A stretch of DNA of 60,898 nt from Candidatus Aminicenantes bacterium (GTDB taxonomy: Bacteria; Acidobacteriota; Aminicenantia; JAMOAD01): assembly GCA_027031485.1 (NCBI GenBank), contig JALVQI010000229.1, positions 1-60,898 on the forward strand, given 5' to 3'. Made by a program: the position numbers and the translations under genes. The notes beneath the pieces are model-generated. The model did no database searches, was not told where the DNA came from, and was given only the letters and a program-made list of their open reading frames with translations. Shown piece after piece: positions 26,091-36,611 of the stretch (positions are counted from its first letter, which is position 1; each line of letters opens with the position of its first letter).

Positions 26091-27581
26091 TTACTCCTCC
26101 ATACGAATTTTTTCAAGAAAATAGTATTCCCCTGAGGGGAAAATCTCTAAATCCTTTATTTTTTTACTATAAACAACAAGATTATCGGCAAACCATAGCG
26201 GAATAAAAGGAATATCCGACGAAATGATTTTTTCTACCTTACCATACGTATTTTTTAAAAAATTAATATCATAGGACTTTGAAGCATTATCTAATAGAGT
26301 ATCAACCTCCTGATTTTTGTAATGAGCTCTGTTAGCCCCATAGGGAGGAAAAAATCTGGAATGTGAGGTATAAATATAGATATCAGGTGAAAGAATCCCA
26401 ACCCATGCAAGCGGATAAACTTGAAAATTCCCTTTTATTATATCCCTATAAAATCTTGAGAACTCATAGATTTTAATATGAACTTTAATTCCTAACCTTT
26501 CCCAATAATACTTTAAAGCAACAGCAAGTCTTTTTGAAACCTTCTTGTTTGTACATTTAAATTCCAACTCAATATTTTTTAATCCTGATTCCTTTAACAA
26601 GGTTTTTGCTCTATTTGGAGAATAATGAAATTTCTTAATATCATCGGTATAAGCCCAATGATCAGGAGGTAAAAGCCCATAAGCTCTTCTTGCATAGCCT
26701 TTCATTATGAATTTTATCAACTCTTCATAATTAATCGAATAACTGAGAGCTTCCCTTAATTTTATATTTTTTAAATATCTATCATTTAAATTCAATCCAA
26801 GATAATACATTGTGTTTCCAGGAAGATTTAATACTTTTAACTCCTTGATTTTTTTTAAAGGCTTTACAAAGTCAGGAGGAATACAATTAATTGCTAGATC
26901 AGCGTTGCCCTTTTTAAAGGTCAAAACTCTTGTCACAGGATCTTTGATAACCCTTATATAAAGATTATCTATAAAAACCTTACCTTTAAAATATTTTGGG
27001 AATGCTTTAAACTTAAATCTATTATGGATGACACTTTGCAGCATAAATGGTCCAGTACCAACAGGCTGTTTAAAAAAATCCTTCCCTGCCCCATAGGGTA
27101 CGATGCCTATGACAAGATTATAAATCAATGAAGAATCAGGATATTTTAATTCAAATAATAATGTATATCTGTCTATAACATTTATCCTCTTTAAACTTTT
27201 AAAAGCACCTTTTCTCAAAGAATGAAACTCTTTTGATAATAATGATTCAAAAGTCCATTTAACATCTTTAGCTGTTAGCTCCTTTCCATTATGGAAGAGA
27301 ACGCCTTTTTTCAATTTAAATAAAATTTTCGTCGGAGAAAGAAATTTATAATCTTGAAGGAGATCCTTTTCAACATAAAAGTTTTTTGTTTTTTTAAAAA
27401 GGCCATTAAAAATAATCTGATGAATTCTCTGTGATGCCTGATCTGTTCCTATTCTCGGATCAAGATTCAAGGGCGTAGAATCTATTATCATCCTTAGCTC
27501 ACTTCCATATGACAGAGAAATTATTATAAATAAGAGAATTAGAAAAAAAGCCCTTTTATTCCAATTATTAATAGATAACAT
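26091..27581 (-). CDS. ABC transporter substrate-binding protein, family 5 (peptide/nickel type)
   Basis: LDPR, KGVLFHNGKELTAKDVKWT, PVGTGPF and NRAHYKNQEVD. Confidence 0.9.
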   Translation of the reverse strand: MLSINNWNKRAFFLILLFIIISLSYGSELRMIIDSTPLNLDPRIGTDQASQRIHQIIFNGLFKKTKNFYVEKDLLQDYKFLSPTKILFKLKKGVLFHNGKELTAKDVKWTFESLLSKEFHSLRKGAFKSLKRINVIDRYTLLFELKYPDSSLIYNLVIGIVPYGAGKDFFKQPVGTGPFMLQSVIHNRFKFKAFPKYFKGKVFIDNLYIRVIKDPVTRVLTFKKGNADLAINCIPPDFVKPLKKIKELKVLNLPGNTMYYLGLNLNDRYLKNIKLREALSYSINYEELIKFIMKGYARRAYGLLPPDHWAYTDDIKKFHYSPNRAKTLLKESGLKNIELEFKCTNKKVSKRLAVALKYYWERLGIKVHIKIYEFSRFYRDIIKGNFQVYPLAWVGILSPDIYIYTSHSRFFPPYGANRAHYKNQEVDTLLDNASKSYDINFLKNTYGKVEKIISSDIPFIPLWFADNLVVYSKKIKDLEIFPSGEYYFLEKIRMEE

Positions 27582-27586
27582 TCCCT

Positions 27587-27626
27587 AATATATGTATTTT
27601 ATGTCTTTAAGTCAATAAGACTTAAA
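27587..27626 (-). promoter_or_regulatory. Sigma70 promoter overlapped by an 8-5-8 inverted repeat (candidate operator)
   Basis: TTGACT-17-TATATT, 5 nt before ATG 27581. The palindrome TTTAAGTC-AATAA-GACTTAAA (27606-27626) covers the -35 box. Confidence 0.5.
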
Positions 27627-27700
27627 TGAATTCAAAAGTAAAAATTTGAAAAGAGCTCAAAAAGTTTATATTATATAAAATATTAAATCAGGAGGTTAAG

Positions 27701-27898
27701 ATGGAAGAGAGAGATTTACCTATAGACAAAGAGCTTCTGGATATACTTGCATGCCCTGTTTGTAAAACAGATGTGGTCTTAACAGAGGATAAGAAAGGGC
27801 TAAGATGTATAAACTGTGGAAGAGTTTATCCCATACGGGATGGAATTCCTGTTATGATTATTGAGGAAGCAACTCCCCCTACAAAAGAGGAATCATAA
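27701..27898 (+). CDS. Trm112 family protein
   Basis: LLDILACPVCK...LRCINCGRVYPIRDGIPVM. Confidence 0.92.
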   Translation: MEERDLPIDKELLDILACPVCKTDVVLTEDKKGLRCINCGRVYPIRDGIPVMIIEEATPPTKEES

Positions 27899-27928
27899 AC
27901 TAAAACAATAAAAAAATTAAGGAGGGGA

Positions 27929-30271
27929 ATGATGAAAAAACTTTATATAGTGCTTGTTTTAATATTCTTTACTTTTTTACCCCTTTTATCGCAAAATCCT
28001 CCTGTAAAAAAACCGTCTTTAAAAGAGGAATTATCAAATCCATTCTGTTTTTTTCTTGTACCTTCGGATGAACTGGGTTTTAAAAACTCTCCGAAAGGAA
28101 CTCAGTTAACATATGACGGAGCTTTTTTTACGGGGCATGGAGAGCTTGACCTTCTCATAGGTTCTGATTATAAACCGATAAATCAGAGAATAAGGACTCT
28201 TTACAAAGGTTATATACCTGTATATACCTATTATCAAAATAGAGACGGCGTAAAATACAGGGTAAGAGCCTTTGCAGCTCCTTTGAATTTAGAGCCCACA
28301 AATGCTTTAATAAATTTCATAGAAATCAGAGCGGAGAATATTACTGATAAGCCTCAAAATGCAGGTGTGGGCTTTTCCTTTGTTTCAGGAAAAGATAAAT
28401 TCAGAAGATGCAAAAGAATAAATTATAGAAACTGGTATGATAAAAAATTTATGGATTTTAAAATTTACAATAGCAAAAATCCTGAATACAATTTCTATTT
28501 TGAAAAGGCCTTTAAAAACAGGCACTTTATCTTTTCCTATTCTTACAATGGAGATGTAAAAGATTTTACAGTTAAAGGGAAAATCAAAAACAGACTCAGA
28601 ACAGAGTTCAACTTTATTTTAAGGCCAAAAGAAAAGGAAACATTTATTATTAAAATGCCCTATGTTCCAGTATTTGAAGAGAAAAAGGAGATTATTAATA
28701 AAATAATCAGTGCGGACTATTATGATTACTTAAATAAAGTAATTGAATTCTGGGAAAAAGAGCACTCAAAGGGTATGCAGATCGAAATTCCGGAAAAGAA
28801 GGTAAATGATACCATAAAAGCAGGTTTTACCTATCTTCTTATGGCAAGGGATACACTTAAAGACGGAAGAATTGAGCAGCATGTCAATCAATTTCAGTAT
28901 GATAAATTTTACCCGAGAGACGGAGCATATATGGCAAGGGTCTATGATATGTACAATAGAAAAGAGCTTGCCAGAGAAACAGTTGATAATTTTATCAGAT
29001 ATGATCAAAAGGGAAACCCAATTTCATTTGTAAGTATTTATCCTGATGATTGGGGACAAATTCTCTGGGCAATCGGAGCCTATTACAGAACATTTAATGA
29101 TATCAATTTTATTAAGAAGATTTACAAATTAATACCCACTCATTTTGATAAATTCATAAATCTCTGCAAAAAGGATCCTCTGGGCATTTGGCCTTCTGCA
29201 GGACCATATGACAATGAAGCTATAAACGGACACTACACAGGACACAGTTTCTGGGCAATTTTAGGGATGAAAGAGGCTATCAATATTGCAAAAACATTAA
29301 ATAAAACAGAAGATGAAAGATTTTATAAAAAAATATACGAAAAATACGAAGATGTTTTTAAAAAAATATTTTCCAATATTTTGAAAAAAACAGAGGGATA
29401 TGTACCCCCGGGACTTGATGTTCCAGAAGATGGTTATGATTGGGCAAATGCCTCAGCAGGGGTTTATCCTTTTGAAATCTTCTCTCCTTTTGAAAACTTT
29501 GTAAACTCCACTGTATCCCTTATGAGAAAGTATAAATACAGAGAGGGAATAATGACATACGGGTCCAATGCCTATGCAGTTTATCTTGCAAAAAAGAGAG
29601 GTAAGGATTTAAAACCCGGCTGGCTTCATCACTATGAAACATTTTATGTTACGGAAACTCTTCTTGCAATGGGAAAACAGAGGGAGGTTATAGAGGACCT
29701 TTACTCAATACTCGCCCACACAGGAAGTACAAATGATGGTTTTGAGTTTTCGGTAAAACCGTGGGATAACAGGGATACAGGACATAACTTTCCTCCCCAC
29801 GGATGGTTTGCAGCAAGATACAATGAGTTAATCAGGAATATGCTTTTAAGAGAATTCGGAAATGAACTTCATCTGTTTTCAGCTATTTCTCCGGAATGGA
29901 TTAAACCGGGGAAAACAATTAAACTTAGCAATGGCATAACCTATTTCGGGAAAATTTCCATGGAATACAGAGTGGAAAAAGATGGGGCTGAAATTGATCT
30001 GAAAACTCAGTTTGGAAAAAATCCTGAGAAAATTTATCTTCACATCCCCTATTTTGTCAAAATCAGTAAGGCTCTTGTTGATAATAAAATTATAAAAATC
30101 AAAAAACTAAAATATGATCAAGCAATAATCATTCCAAGTAGTGCCAAAAAAATCATATTCAAATGGAAGATTTTACCCGCAAAAAAAATGAATTTTAAAG
30201 AAGCGGCAAGATCTCTGCTAAAAAAATATCATTCAAGAAAGAAGAATTTTGATAAAAGATACCTTTTTTGA
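27929..30271 (+). CDS. Secreted six-hairpin (alpha/alpha)6 glycosidase-like protein
   Basis: Signal peptide, YDKFYPRDGAY, PPHGWFAA...IRNMLLRE and C-terminal TYFGKIS. The family is not assignable by eye. Confidence 0.65.
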   Translation: MMKKLYIVLVLIFFTFLPLLSQNPPVKKPSLKEELSNPFCFFLVPSDELGFKNSPKGTQLTYDGAFFTGHGELDLLIGSDYKPINQRIRTLYKGYIPVYTYYQNRDGVKYRVRAFAAPLNLEPTNALINFIEIRAENITDKPQNAGVGFSFVSGKDKFRRCKRINYRNWYDKKFMDFKIYNSKNPEYNFYFEKAFKNRHFIFSYSYNGDVKDFTVKGKIKNRLRTEFNFILRPKEKETFIIKMPYVPVFEEKKEIINKIISADYYDYLNKVIEFWEKEHSKGMQIEIPEKKVNDTIKAGFTYLLMARDTLKDGRIEQHVNQFQYDKFYPRDGAYMARVYDMYNRKELARETVDNFIRYDQKGNPISFVSIYPDDWGQILWAIGAYYRTFNDINFIKKIYKLIPTHFDKFINLCKKDPLGIWPSAGPYDNEAINGHYTGHSFWAILGMKEAINIAKTLNKTEDERFYKKIYEKYEDVFKKIFSNILKKTEGYVPPGLDVPEDGYDWANASAGVYPFEIFSPFENFVNSTVSLMRKYKYREGIMTYGSNAYAVYLAKKRGKDLKPGWLHHYETFYVTETLLAMGKQREVIEDLYSILAHTGSTNDGFEFSVKPWDNRDTGHNFPPHGWFAARYNELIRNMLLREFGNELHLFSAISPEWIKPGKTIKLSNGITYFGKISMEYRVEKDGAEIDLKTQFGKNPEKIYLHIPYFVKISKALVDNKIIKIKKLKYDQAIIIPSSAKKIIFKWKILPAKKMNFKEAARSLLKKYHSRKKNFDKRYLF

Positions 30272-30402
30272 AAAAGATCAGAAGGTTTGAAAATTTTTTA
30301 ATTTTAAATACAAATAAGTTGGAAAGTCAGATTATCTGTTGGTATTGATAATAATCAAATTCTCGTTTATTATATTCTCTTTGAGTTTACAAAGGAGGAG
30401 AG

Positions 30403-32736
30403 ATGAGCTTATCTAAAAAAATTTTCATTGTTTTTGTATTGATTTTAATAATCGTGCTTGCTGGAATCTTGATATTTCTTAAAAGCACTGCACCTGATTA
30501 TAAGGGAACTATACTATCAAAAGATGTTAAAGGAAGTATTTTAATTGAAAGAAACAGATGGGGAATACCTAAAATAGAGGCAGACAATCTGGAGGATCTG
30601 TTTTTTGCAATAGGATATTTACATGCTCAGGATAGACTTTTTCAAATGGACCTTTCAAGAAGATTGGCAAAAGGAGAGCTCTCTGAGGTTTTCGGAAAGG
30701 TTGCCTTTGAAACAGATAAATTTCATAAAGAACTTTTGCTTGATGAATCCATTGATGAGAACTATGAAACTTTGAAAAAAGATCAGAAAGTATATTCTTT
30801 GATAAAAAGCTATTGTAGAGGAGTCAACTATTTTATAAAAAACGAGAAATTACCGATAGAATTTAAGATTTTAAAATACAGACCTTCAACCTGGGAGGTT
30901 AAAGATGTTTTAGCTGTTTTAAAAAACATGGAGGTGGTTCTGGAAGATTCGGGAGCAGAGATTACAAATATGAATCTCATTAGAATTTTCGGGAAAGAGA
31001 GGGGCTCCAAGTTAATATACGGGAATTTCGGAAGTTCAATTGTTAATGAAAAGGAGTATGAAAAAATTTATGGGGGCAAAACTCTCTCAAAATTGATAGA
31101 GCTTGAAAAGAGAGTTAATGAAAAGGTTGTAGGAAGTAACAATTGGGTTGTCTCAGGAAGTAAAACTGATACGGGAAAGCCTTATCTTGCCAATGATCCC
31201 CATCTTCCAATTAAATTTCCAGGATACTTTTTTCAAATTGTGGCAAAGGTAAGAGGAACGGATATTAAACTTTCGGGAAATACGATTGCAGGTATTCCCC
31301 TTATAGTTATTGGAAGAAATCATTACCTTGGCTGGGGATTTACAAATGTCGGAACAGATGTAATAGATTATTTTATTTTAAAAACAAATCCTGATAATAA
31401 AAATCAATATCTTTTGGATGATAAATGGGTTGATTTTAAAATTATTGAAAAAAAGATAAAAGTTAAGGGTGAGGGAGAAAAAACAGTTAAGGTTAAAACC
31501 TCTGTATTTGGGCCTGTTATAGAAAAAAATGGAGTTTCTATGGCAAGACACTCCGTACTTCTATATCCTACCCATGCGTACAAGGGTATTTTCATTATGA
31601 ATTTTTCAAAAAATATAGATGAGTTTATAAAAGGAGTTTCCTATTTTACCGCACCAGCACAAAATATTGTTTTTGCCGATAGAAAAGGAAACATCGGATA
31701 CTATCCCTCGGGGGCAATCCCAAAAAGAAGCAAAGGAGACGGGGCCTTACCAGTGGAGGTTACAAAGCTCAGTGAATCATGGCAGGGATTCTATAAAGAG
31801 AGTGAAAAACCGCTTTTAATTAATCCTGATAAAGGCTATATTATCACCGCAAACAACCCTGTTTTACCTGAGGAAAAGCTACCTATTTTTTCAAAGAGAA
31901 ACTATGTCTCATTCAGAGCCGATAGGATAGAGGAGCTTTTTAAAAAGAAAAGAGTTTTTACAATTAATGATATGAAAGCAATTCAGCTTGATCCATTTTC
32001 AAAACCCGCAGAATTTTTAATAAGTTCTATCAAAAATTTTAATTACAAGGATGAAAAAGTTAACTTCATACTAAATAAGTTTAAAAACTGGGATTTTAAA
32101 ATGAATAAAGGAATAAGCCCCTTTTTATTCTACAGGTTTGAAAGATATCTTGCCAGAGAGATCTTTTCAGATGATATAAAAAGGGAAGAGGATAAAAAAT
32201 TTATCTCTGTTTTCTGGCTTTACAGGATAATGAAATATCCGAAATTTGAAAATGGCGAGAGTTTTAAATCCTGGGTTGATGATAAAAACACACCTAATAA
32301 AGAAAACTTTAAGGATATTGTTGAAAGAGCTCTTTTAAAAACGTACGAGGAATACAAAAGAGAAAGTGAAAAAAGAAGCTTGAAGTGGGAAGATATTCAC
32401 AAGATATTATACAGACATCCTCTCGGAAGAGTTAAACTCTTAGGATACTTTTTTAACAGAGGACCATTCCCAATAGAGGGAGGAAGATCAACTATTTTAA
32501 GAGAAGATTTTAATCCTTTTAAAAACTTTTATGTCACTGGCCTCTCAACCTTTCGAATGATATTGGATTTTTCCAATCTTTCGAAATCCATTCTTGTAAA
32601 TTCCACCGGCCAATCGGGAAACTTTTTAAGCCCTTTTTATGATGATCAGATCTCTCTTTATGTTAATTTGAAATATAGAAAAATGGATGACTTTTCGAAA
32701 ATAAAATATAGATTAAAAATTGTACCTAAGAGGTAA
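30403..32736 (+). CDS. Penicillin acylase family Ntn-hydrolase (peptidase S45)
   Basis: WGIPKI, AQDRLFQMD, GSNNWVV (catalytic Ser), ANDPHL and GQSGN..SPFYDDQ. Confidence 0.93.
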   Translation: MSLSKKIFIVFVLILIIVLAGILIFLKSTAPDYKGTILSKDVKGSILIERNRWGIPKIEADNLEDLFFAIGYLHAQDRLFQMDLSRRLAKGELSEVFGKVAFETDKFHKELLLDESIDENYETLKKDQKVYSLIKSYCRGVNYFIKNEKLPIEFKILKYRPSTWEVKDVLAVLKNMEVVLEDSGAEITNMNLIRIFGKERGSKLIYGNFGSSIVNEKEYEKIYGGKTLSKLIELEKRVNEKVVGSNNWVVSGSKTDTGKPYLANDPHLPIKFPGYFFQIVAKVRGTDIKLSGNTIAGIPLIVIGRNHYLGWGFTNVGTDVIDYFILKTNPDNKNQYLLDDKWVDFKIIEKKIKVKGEGEKTVKVKTSVFGPVIEKNGVSMARHSVLLYPTHAYKGIFIMNFSKNIDEFIKGVSYFTAPAQNIVFADRKGNIGYYPSGAIPKRSKGDGALPVEVTKLSESWQGFYKESEKPLLINPDKGYIITANNPVLPEEKLPIFSKRNYVSFRADRIEELFKKKRVFTINDMKAIQLDPFSKPAEFLISSIKNFNYKDEKVNFILNKFKNWDFKMNKGISPFLFYRFERYLAREIFSDDIKREEDKKFISVFWLYRIMKYPKFENGESFKSWVDDKNTPNKENFKDIVERALLKTYEEYKRESEKRSLKWEDIHKILYRHPLGRVKLLGYFFNRGPFPIEGGRSTILREDFNPFKNFYVTGLSTFRMILDFSNLSKSILVNSTGQSGNFLSPFYDDQISLYVNLKYRKMDDFSKIKYRLKIVPKR

Positions 32737-32738
32737 AA

Positions 32739-33851
32739 ATGAAAAAAATCACCATTGTTTTTTTTATTTTCTTTTTTAGTAATTGTCTGTTCTCAAATGG
32801 AAGAATAAGAGATTATGGTATAAAAATAGGTGTCCTTAAAACAGGAAAATACAATGCGATAACCGATGTAAAGGGTGTTTTGGTAGGGCAGAAAACAATA
32901 ATAAAAGGAAAGGATATAAGAACAGGCGTTACAGCTATTTTACCGCACTCAGGGAATATATTTATGGAAAAAGTCCCGGCTGCAATCTATGTTGGCAATG
33001 GTTTCGGAAAACTTGCAGGCTATACTCAGGTAAGAGAGTTAGGTAATATTGAAACACCGATTATTCTGACAAATACTTTAAGTGTACCAACAGCAGCAGA
33101 TGCCCTTATTGATTATATTTTATCATTCCCTGAAAATAAAAATATTCGTTCAATAAATCCGGTAGTGGGAGAGACAAATGATGGCTGGCTTAACAATATT
33201 CAAAAGAGAGCTGTTAAAAAAAGTGATGTGATAGAGGCAATAAAAAGTGCAAAAAGCGGACCTGTTAAAGAAGGTAATGTGGGAGCTGGCACAGGGACAA
33301 TCTGCTTTGGTTTTAAAGGAGGAATAGGTACATCTTCAAGGGTTCTTCCTGAAAATTTGGGAGGATATACTGTAGGAGTTCTGGTCCAAACCAATTTCGG
33401 AGGCATACTTCAGATAAAGGGATTTTCAGCAGGAATTTTCTTAAACAAATATTATTTAAACAAAAAACTAAACTATAGTCCTGATGGATCCTGTATGATT
33501 GTCATTGCAACGGATGCTCCTCTATCATCAAGAAATCTATACAGGCTTGCAAAAAGGGCAATGCTCGGTCTTGCAAGAACAGGAGGCATAAGCTCAAACG
33601 GGAGCGGAGATTATATGATAGCCTTTTCAACGGCAAAAAACCTTAGAATTAAATACAATTCAAAATCAAAACTAAGAGAAATAAAGGTCTTGAGAAACTC
33701 TGCCATAAGTCCTCTTTTTGAGGCTGTAATAGAGGCAACGGAGGAAGCTATTTTAAACTCTCTTTTCAAAGCTAAAACAATGGTTGGAAGAGATGGGCAT
33801 AAAATTGAAGCCTTGCCCGTATCAAAAATTATTTATAGAATAAGGAAATAA
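32739..33851 (+). CDS. DmpA/P1 (S58) aminopeptidase
   Basis: NAITDVKGV, RTGVTAILPH, NGFGKLAG, GETNDG, EGNVGAGTG and NGSGD. Confidence 0.93.
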   Translation: MKKITIVFFIFFFSNCLFSNGRIRDYGIKIGVLKTGKYNAITDVKGVLVGQKTIIKGKDIRTGVTAILPHSGNIFMEKVPAAIYVGNGFGKLAGYTQVRELGNIETPIILTNTLSVPTAADALIDYILSFPENKNIRSINPVVGETNDGWLNNIQKRAVKKSDVIEAIKSAKSGPVKEGNVGAGTGTICFGFKGGIGTSSRVLPENLGGYTVGVLVQTNFGGILQIKGFSAGIFLNKYYLNKKLNYSPDGSCMIVIATDAPLSSRNLYRLAKRAMLGLARTGGISSNGSGDYMIAFSTAKNLRIKYNSKSKLREIKVLRNSAISPLFEAVIEATEEAILNSLFKAKTMVGRDGHKIEALPVSKIIYRIRK

Positions 33852-34032
33852 CTCACATTAATCTTATAAACATAAAACCAATTTAAATTTTGCAGGAAAG
33901 AAAAAATTGTTTTTTACCTCTCAAACATATTACTTAAACGTATCTCTATTTTGTTATTAATATAAGATTGTGCTCAGCCGGAAGTTCTCTCAACCATCAT
34001 TTGGGGAAAGTTGATTTAAGCGGCTAAAAAAA

Positions 34033-34911
34033 CTACTTTCCCTCTAAAATAGCATATGTGTCCAGATTGTAAAATTCCTTTAAAAGTTCGTAAAGTTCCG
34101 GACTATGCTTTTTCAGAACAGAGGGAGCTTCAAAGAAATATTCTGTTGCAACTGCAAAAAACTCTGCTTCATTGGTCGCAGCATAATCCCTTATGTAAGG
34201 CTTTTCTCTAACTCTCTTCCACTCCTTATGAATAATTTTTCGCCATCTGTTAGCTTTTGTGGGCAAAATTCTTGAAAGCGGAACACCTGCAGCCTCTCCA
34301 TCTTCAAAATCAAAAAAGTGAGCTATCTCATGATAGATAACATTGTATCCATCTCTGTTGTTTGAAAAACTGTAGTCCAAGCCTCCCTCTGTCACAATGA
34401 GAGGGCCTCTCCTTGAAGCCATTCCCGTTATATTCCCCTTATTCATATTAAACTCTCTGTCAATCGTATTTGAAGGATATATAACTATACTATCCTTAAA
34501 CGGAGGCTCCCACTCAGGTCTTCCGTTTAACATTGAAGCCACTGCACCGGCGATAATCACTTTTTTATCCTCATCAATAGCTCTGCCCTTTGTTCCCTCT
34601 ATGGAAAAAGAAGAAAGAAAAATTTTAACATCATTTTCAAATCTCTTTTTTCTATCACCTGAAATGGCTTTGTAAAATAAAAGTCTTTTCCCAAGGAGGT
34701 CTCTCCACCTTTGAGGAAATTCAGTCTTAATAGCCTTTAACCTCTTAAAACTTTTTTTCAAACCAAAAAAGAGGTAAATTAATTCAATAATAAATCCCAT
34801 TAAGAAAATCCAGAAGCTTTCAAAAATCACATAAAATACAATTGTGAAGAAAAGAATCAGTAATGTATTTACAATAAGAAAGATTTTGTCTATTTTATAG
34901 ATTACCCGCAT
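34033..34911 (-). CDS. MtfA-like zinc-dependent peptidase (M90) with an N-terminal membrane anchor
   Basis: DGYNVIYHEIAH and YAATNEAEFFAVATEYFFEAP. The start could instead be 34923. Confidence 0.88.
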   Translation of the reverse strand: MRVIYKIDKIFLIVNTLLILFFTIVFYVIFESFWIFLMGFIIELIYLFFGLKKSFKRLKAIKTEFPQRWRDLLGKRLLFYKAISGDRKKRFENDVKIFLSSFSIEGTKGRAIDEDKKVIIAGAVASMLNGRPEWEPPFKDSIVIYPSNTIDREFNMNKGNITGMASRRGPLIVTEGGLDYSFSNNRDGYNVIYHEIAHFFDFEDGEAAGVPLSRILPTKANRWRKIIHKEWKRVREKPYIRDYAATNEAEFFAVATEYFFEAPSVLKKHSPELYELLKEFYNLDTYAILEGK

Positions 34912-35614
34912 TTTTAAAAGCATAAAGGAAAATTGACACTGAAACGGAGAGATTCAGAGATTCAAAACCTGTGGGAGATTCAATTTTTACCGAATAATCA
35001 CACTGTTTTTTAGGTTCGGAGGATATTCCCTTATCTTCTCTTCCGAAAAGAAGAATGAATTTCCCGATTCTTTTCATTTTCCTCAAAGGCATGGCTCCCC
35101 TACTCTCCGCACAGACAATTTTAAAACCATACTCTTTTGCTCTTTTCAAAAAAGAGGGAATACTCTTTACTCTGAAAGGTTTAATATATGATATGGCTCC
35201 GGCGGAGGTTTTGGAAACCGCTTCTGAAATTGCCGTAATTCTCTTAGAGGGAAGAACTATCGTGTTTATTCCGAAAAAATGTGAGCTTCTTATTATTGCC
35301 CCTAAATTTCTCGGATCCTGAATTCCGTCAAAAGCAAGAATAAGATCTTCATTCCTTAGTCTTTCTTTTAGCTCCTCCTCTCTTCCGAAAGTTATGATGT
35401 TGACCTCTGCTATAATTCCCTGAGAGTTTTTATACTTAGAAAAAAAAGCCGGTTTAACCCTTTGAACATTAATCCCGAATTTTTTCGCTCTTTTTATAAT
35501 ATCAAATATTCTCGGATTTAATTTTCTCTCATTTTTTACTATTATCTTGTGTATTTTCTCCGGTGAGCTTTTCAAAAGTTCATTAACAGAATTAATTCCC
35601 TTAATTATTTCCAT
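34895..35614 (-). CDS. rlmB: TrmH/SpoU family RNA 2'-O-methyltransferase (RlmB-like)
   Basis: QDPRNLGAIIRS, KTSAGA, GREDKGI and ESLNLSVS. Start at ATG 35614 after AGGAG. Confidence 0.8.
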   Translation of the reverse strand: MEIIKGINSVNELLKSSPEKIHKIIVKNERKLNPRIFDIIKRAKKFGINVQRVKPAFFSKYKNSQGIIAEVNIITFGREEELKERLRNEDLILAFDGIQDPRNLGAIIRSSHFFGINTIVLPSKRITAISEAVSKTSAGAISYIKPFRVKSIPSFLKRAKEYGFKIVCAESRGAMPLRKMKRIGKFILLFGREDKGISSEPKKQCDYSVKIESPTGFESLNLSVSVSIFLYAFKNAGNL

Positions 35615-36611
35615 TCTTTCTCCTTTCATAAAACAATGGGACAACGAATGTAAAAACAAGAAGGATTACAAAAAACACTAAAAAGAGTTTAAAATAACCC
35701 AGAGATAATATTACGGAAGAAACACCTGACAAAAATACAAGAAATCCGAAATAATATGTTGTTTTAACAGCACCAATCTTATCCCTTATGAAAAAAGACA
35801 GATGATGGGGAGAACCCTTCCACGGAGGTATTCCATGACAGACTCTTCTGATTATCGTAAAAACAATCTCTGCCAATGGTATGAAAAGCAAGATTAAGGG
35901 AATTATAACGGAAATTCGGTTAAGATATGAATAGTCAATGGCAAAAGACAAAACCCCTGCTATATATCCTAAAAGCATACTTCCCGAATCTCCCAAAAAT
36001 ATACCTGCTTCCGGAAAATTATGGTAAAGGAAAGAGAGATATGCCCCTAAGGATGCTGTTGAAACCAGGCTTATTACAAAATTACCCTCCAAAGACGAGT
36101 AAAATATAAAAAAAATCATTGAAGCAATAGCTACCATAGTGGAAAGTCCGTTCATCACATCCAAAAAATTAAAGGCATTTATTATGGTAAGAAGCCAGAA
36201 AAAGGTTAATAAATAATTTACATAATCGGGGAAAATCGCAAGCTTTATATAAATTCCTCCCCTTATAACTATGAGAATAGCAAGACTTTGAAGTAAAAAT
36301 TTCAGACCGGGCTTCATGGCTTTCAGGTCATCGACAAAACCTATTAAAACAATCATTGTTGCACCCAGAAAAAAGGATGTAACAAAGCGATTAAGAGGGA
36401 CAAGTATGCTTACGGAAAAGATAATTGCCATGTAAACAGCCATTCCTCCCATATAAGGTGTAGGCTTTTTATGTTTCTTTAACTCATTGTCAGGTATATC
36501 AAGAATATTTAGCTCCAACGCAGCTTTTTTCATTAATGGAATAAGATACTGCGCCAAAAAGAAAGAGAGAAGAGAAGAAAGAAGAATATTAATCAATAAT
36601 TTTTCATCCAT
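35601..36611 (-). CDS. Undecaprenyl-phosphate sugar-1-phosphate transferase (WecA/TagO family)
   Basis: HKKPTPYMGG, GFVDD, INAFNFLDVMNGL and IFLGDSGS. Confidence 0.9.
   Translation of the reverse strand: MDEKLLINILLSSLLSFFLAQYLIPLMKKAALELNILDIPDNELKKHKKPTPYMGGMAVYMAIIFSVSILVPLNRFVTSFFLGATMIVLIGFVDDLKAMKPGLKFLLQSLAILIVIRGGIYIKLAIFPDYVNYLLTFFWLLTIINAFNFLDVMNGLSTMVAIASMIFFIFYSSLEGNFVISLVSTASLGAYLSFLYHNFPEAGIFLGDSGSMLLGYIAGVLSFAIDYSYLNRISVIIPLILLFIPLAEIVFTIIRRVCHGIPPWKGSPHHLSFFIRDKIGAVKTTYYFGFLVFLSGVSSVILSLGYFKLFLVFFVILLVFTFVVPLFYERRKNGNN

Noticed and set aside
33976-34025. AGCCG...TCAAC...GTTGA...CGGCT nested pairing as an ncRNA
   Set aside because: The stems are only 5 bp and match no family I recognise. 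It lies between convergent genes, so it is at most a terminator-like fold.
35601-36611. Second mraY
   Set aside because: Motifs (HKKPTPYMGG, NAFNFLD, FLGDSGS) and GT2 context fit the WecA/TagO branch.
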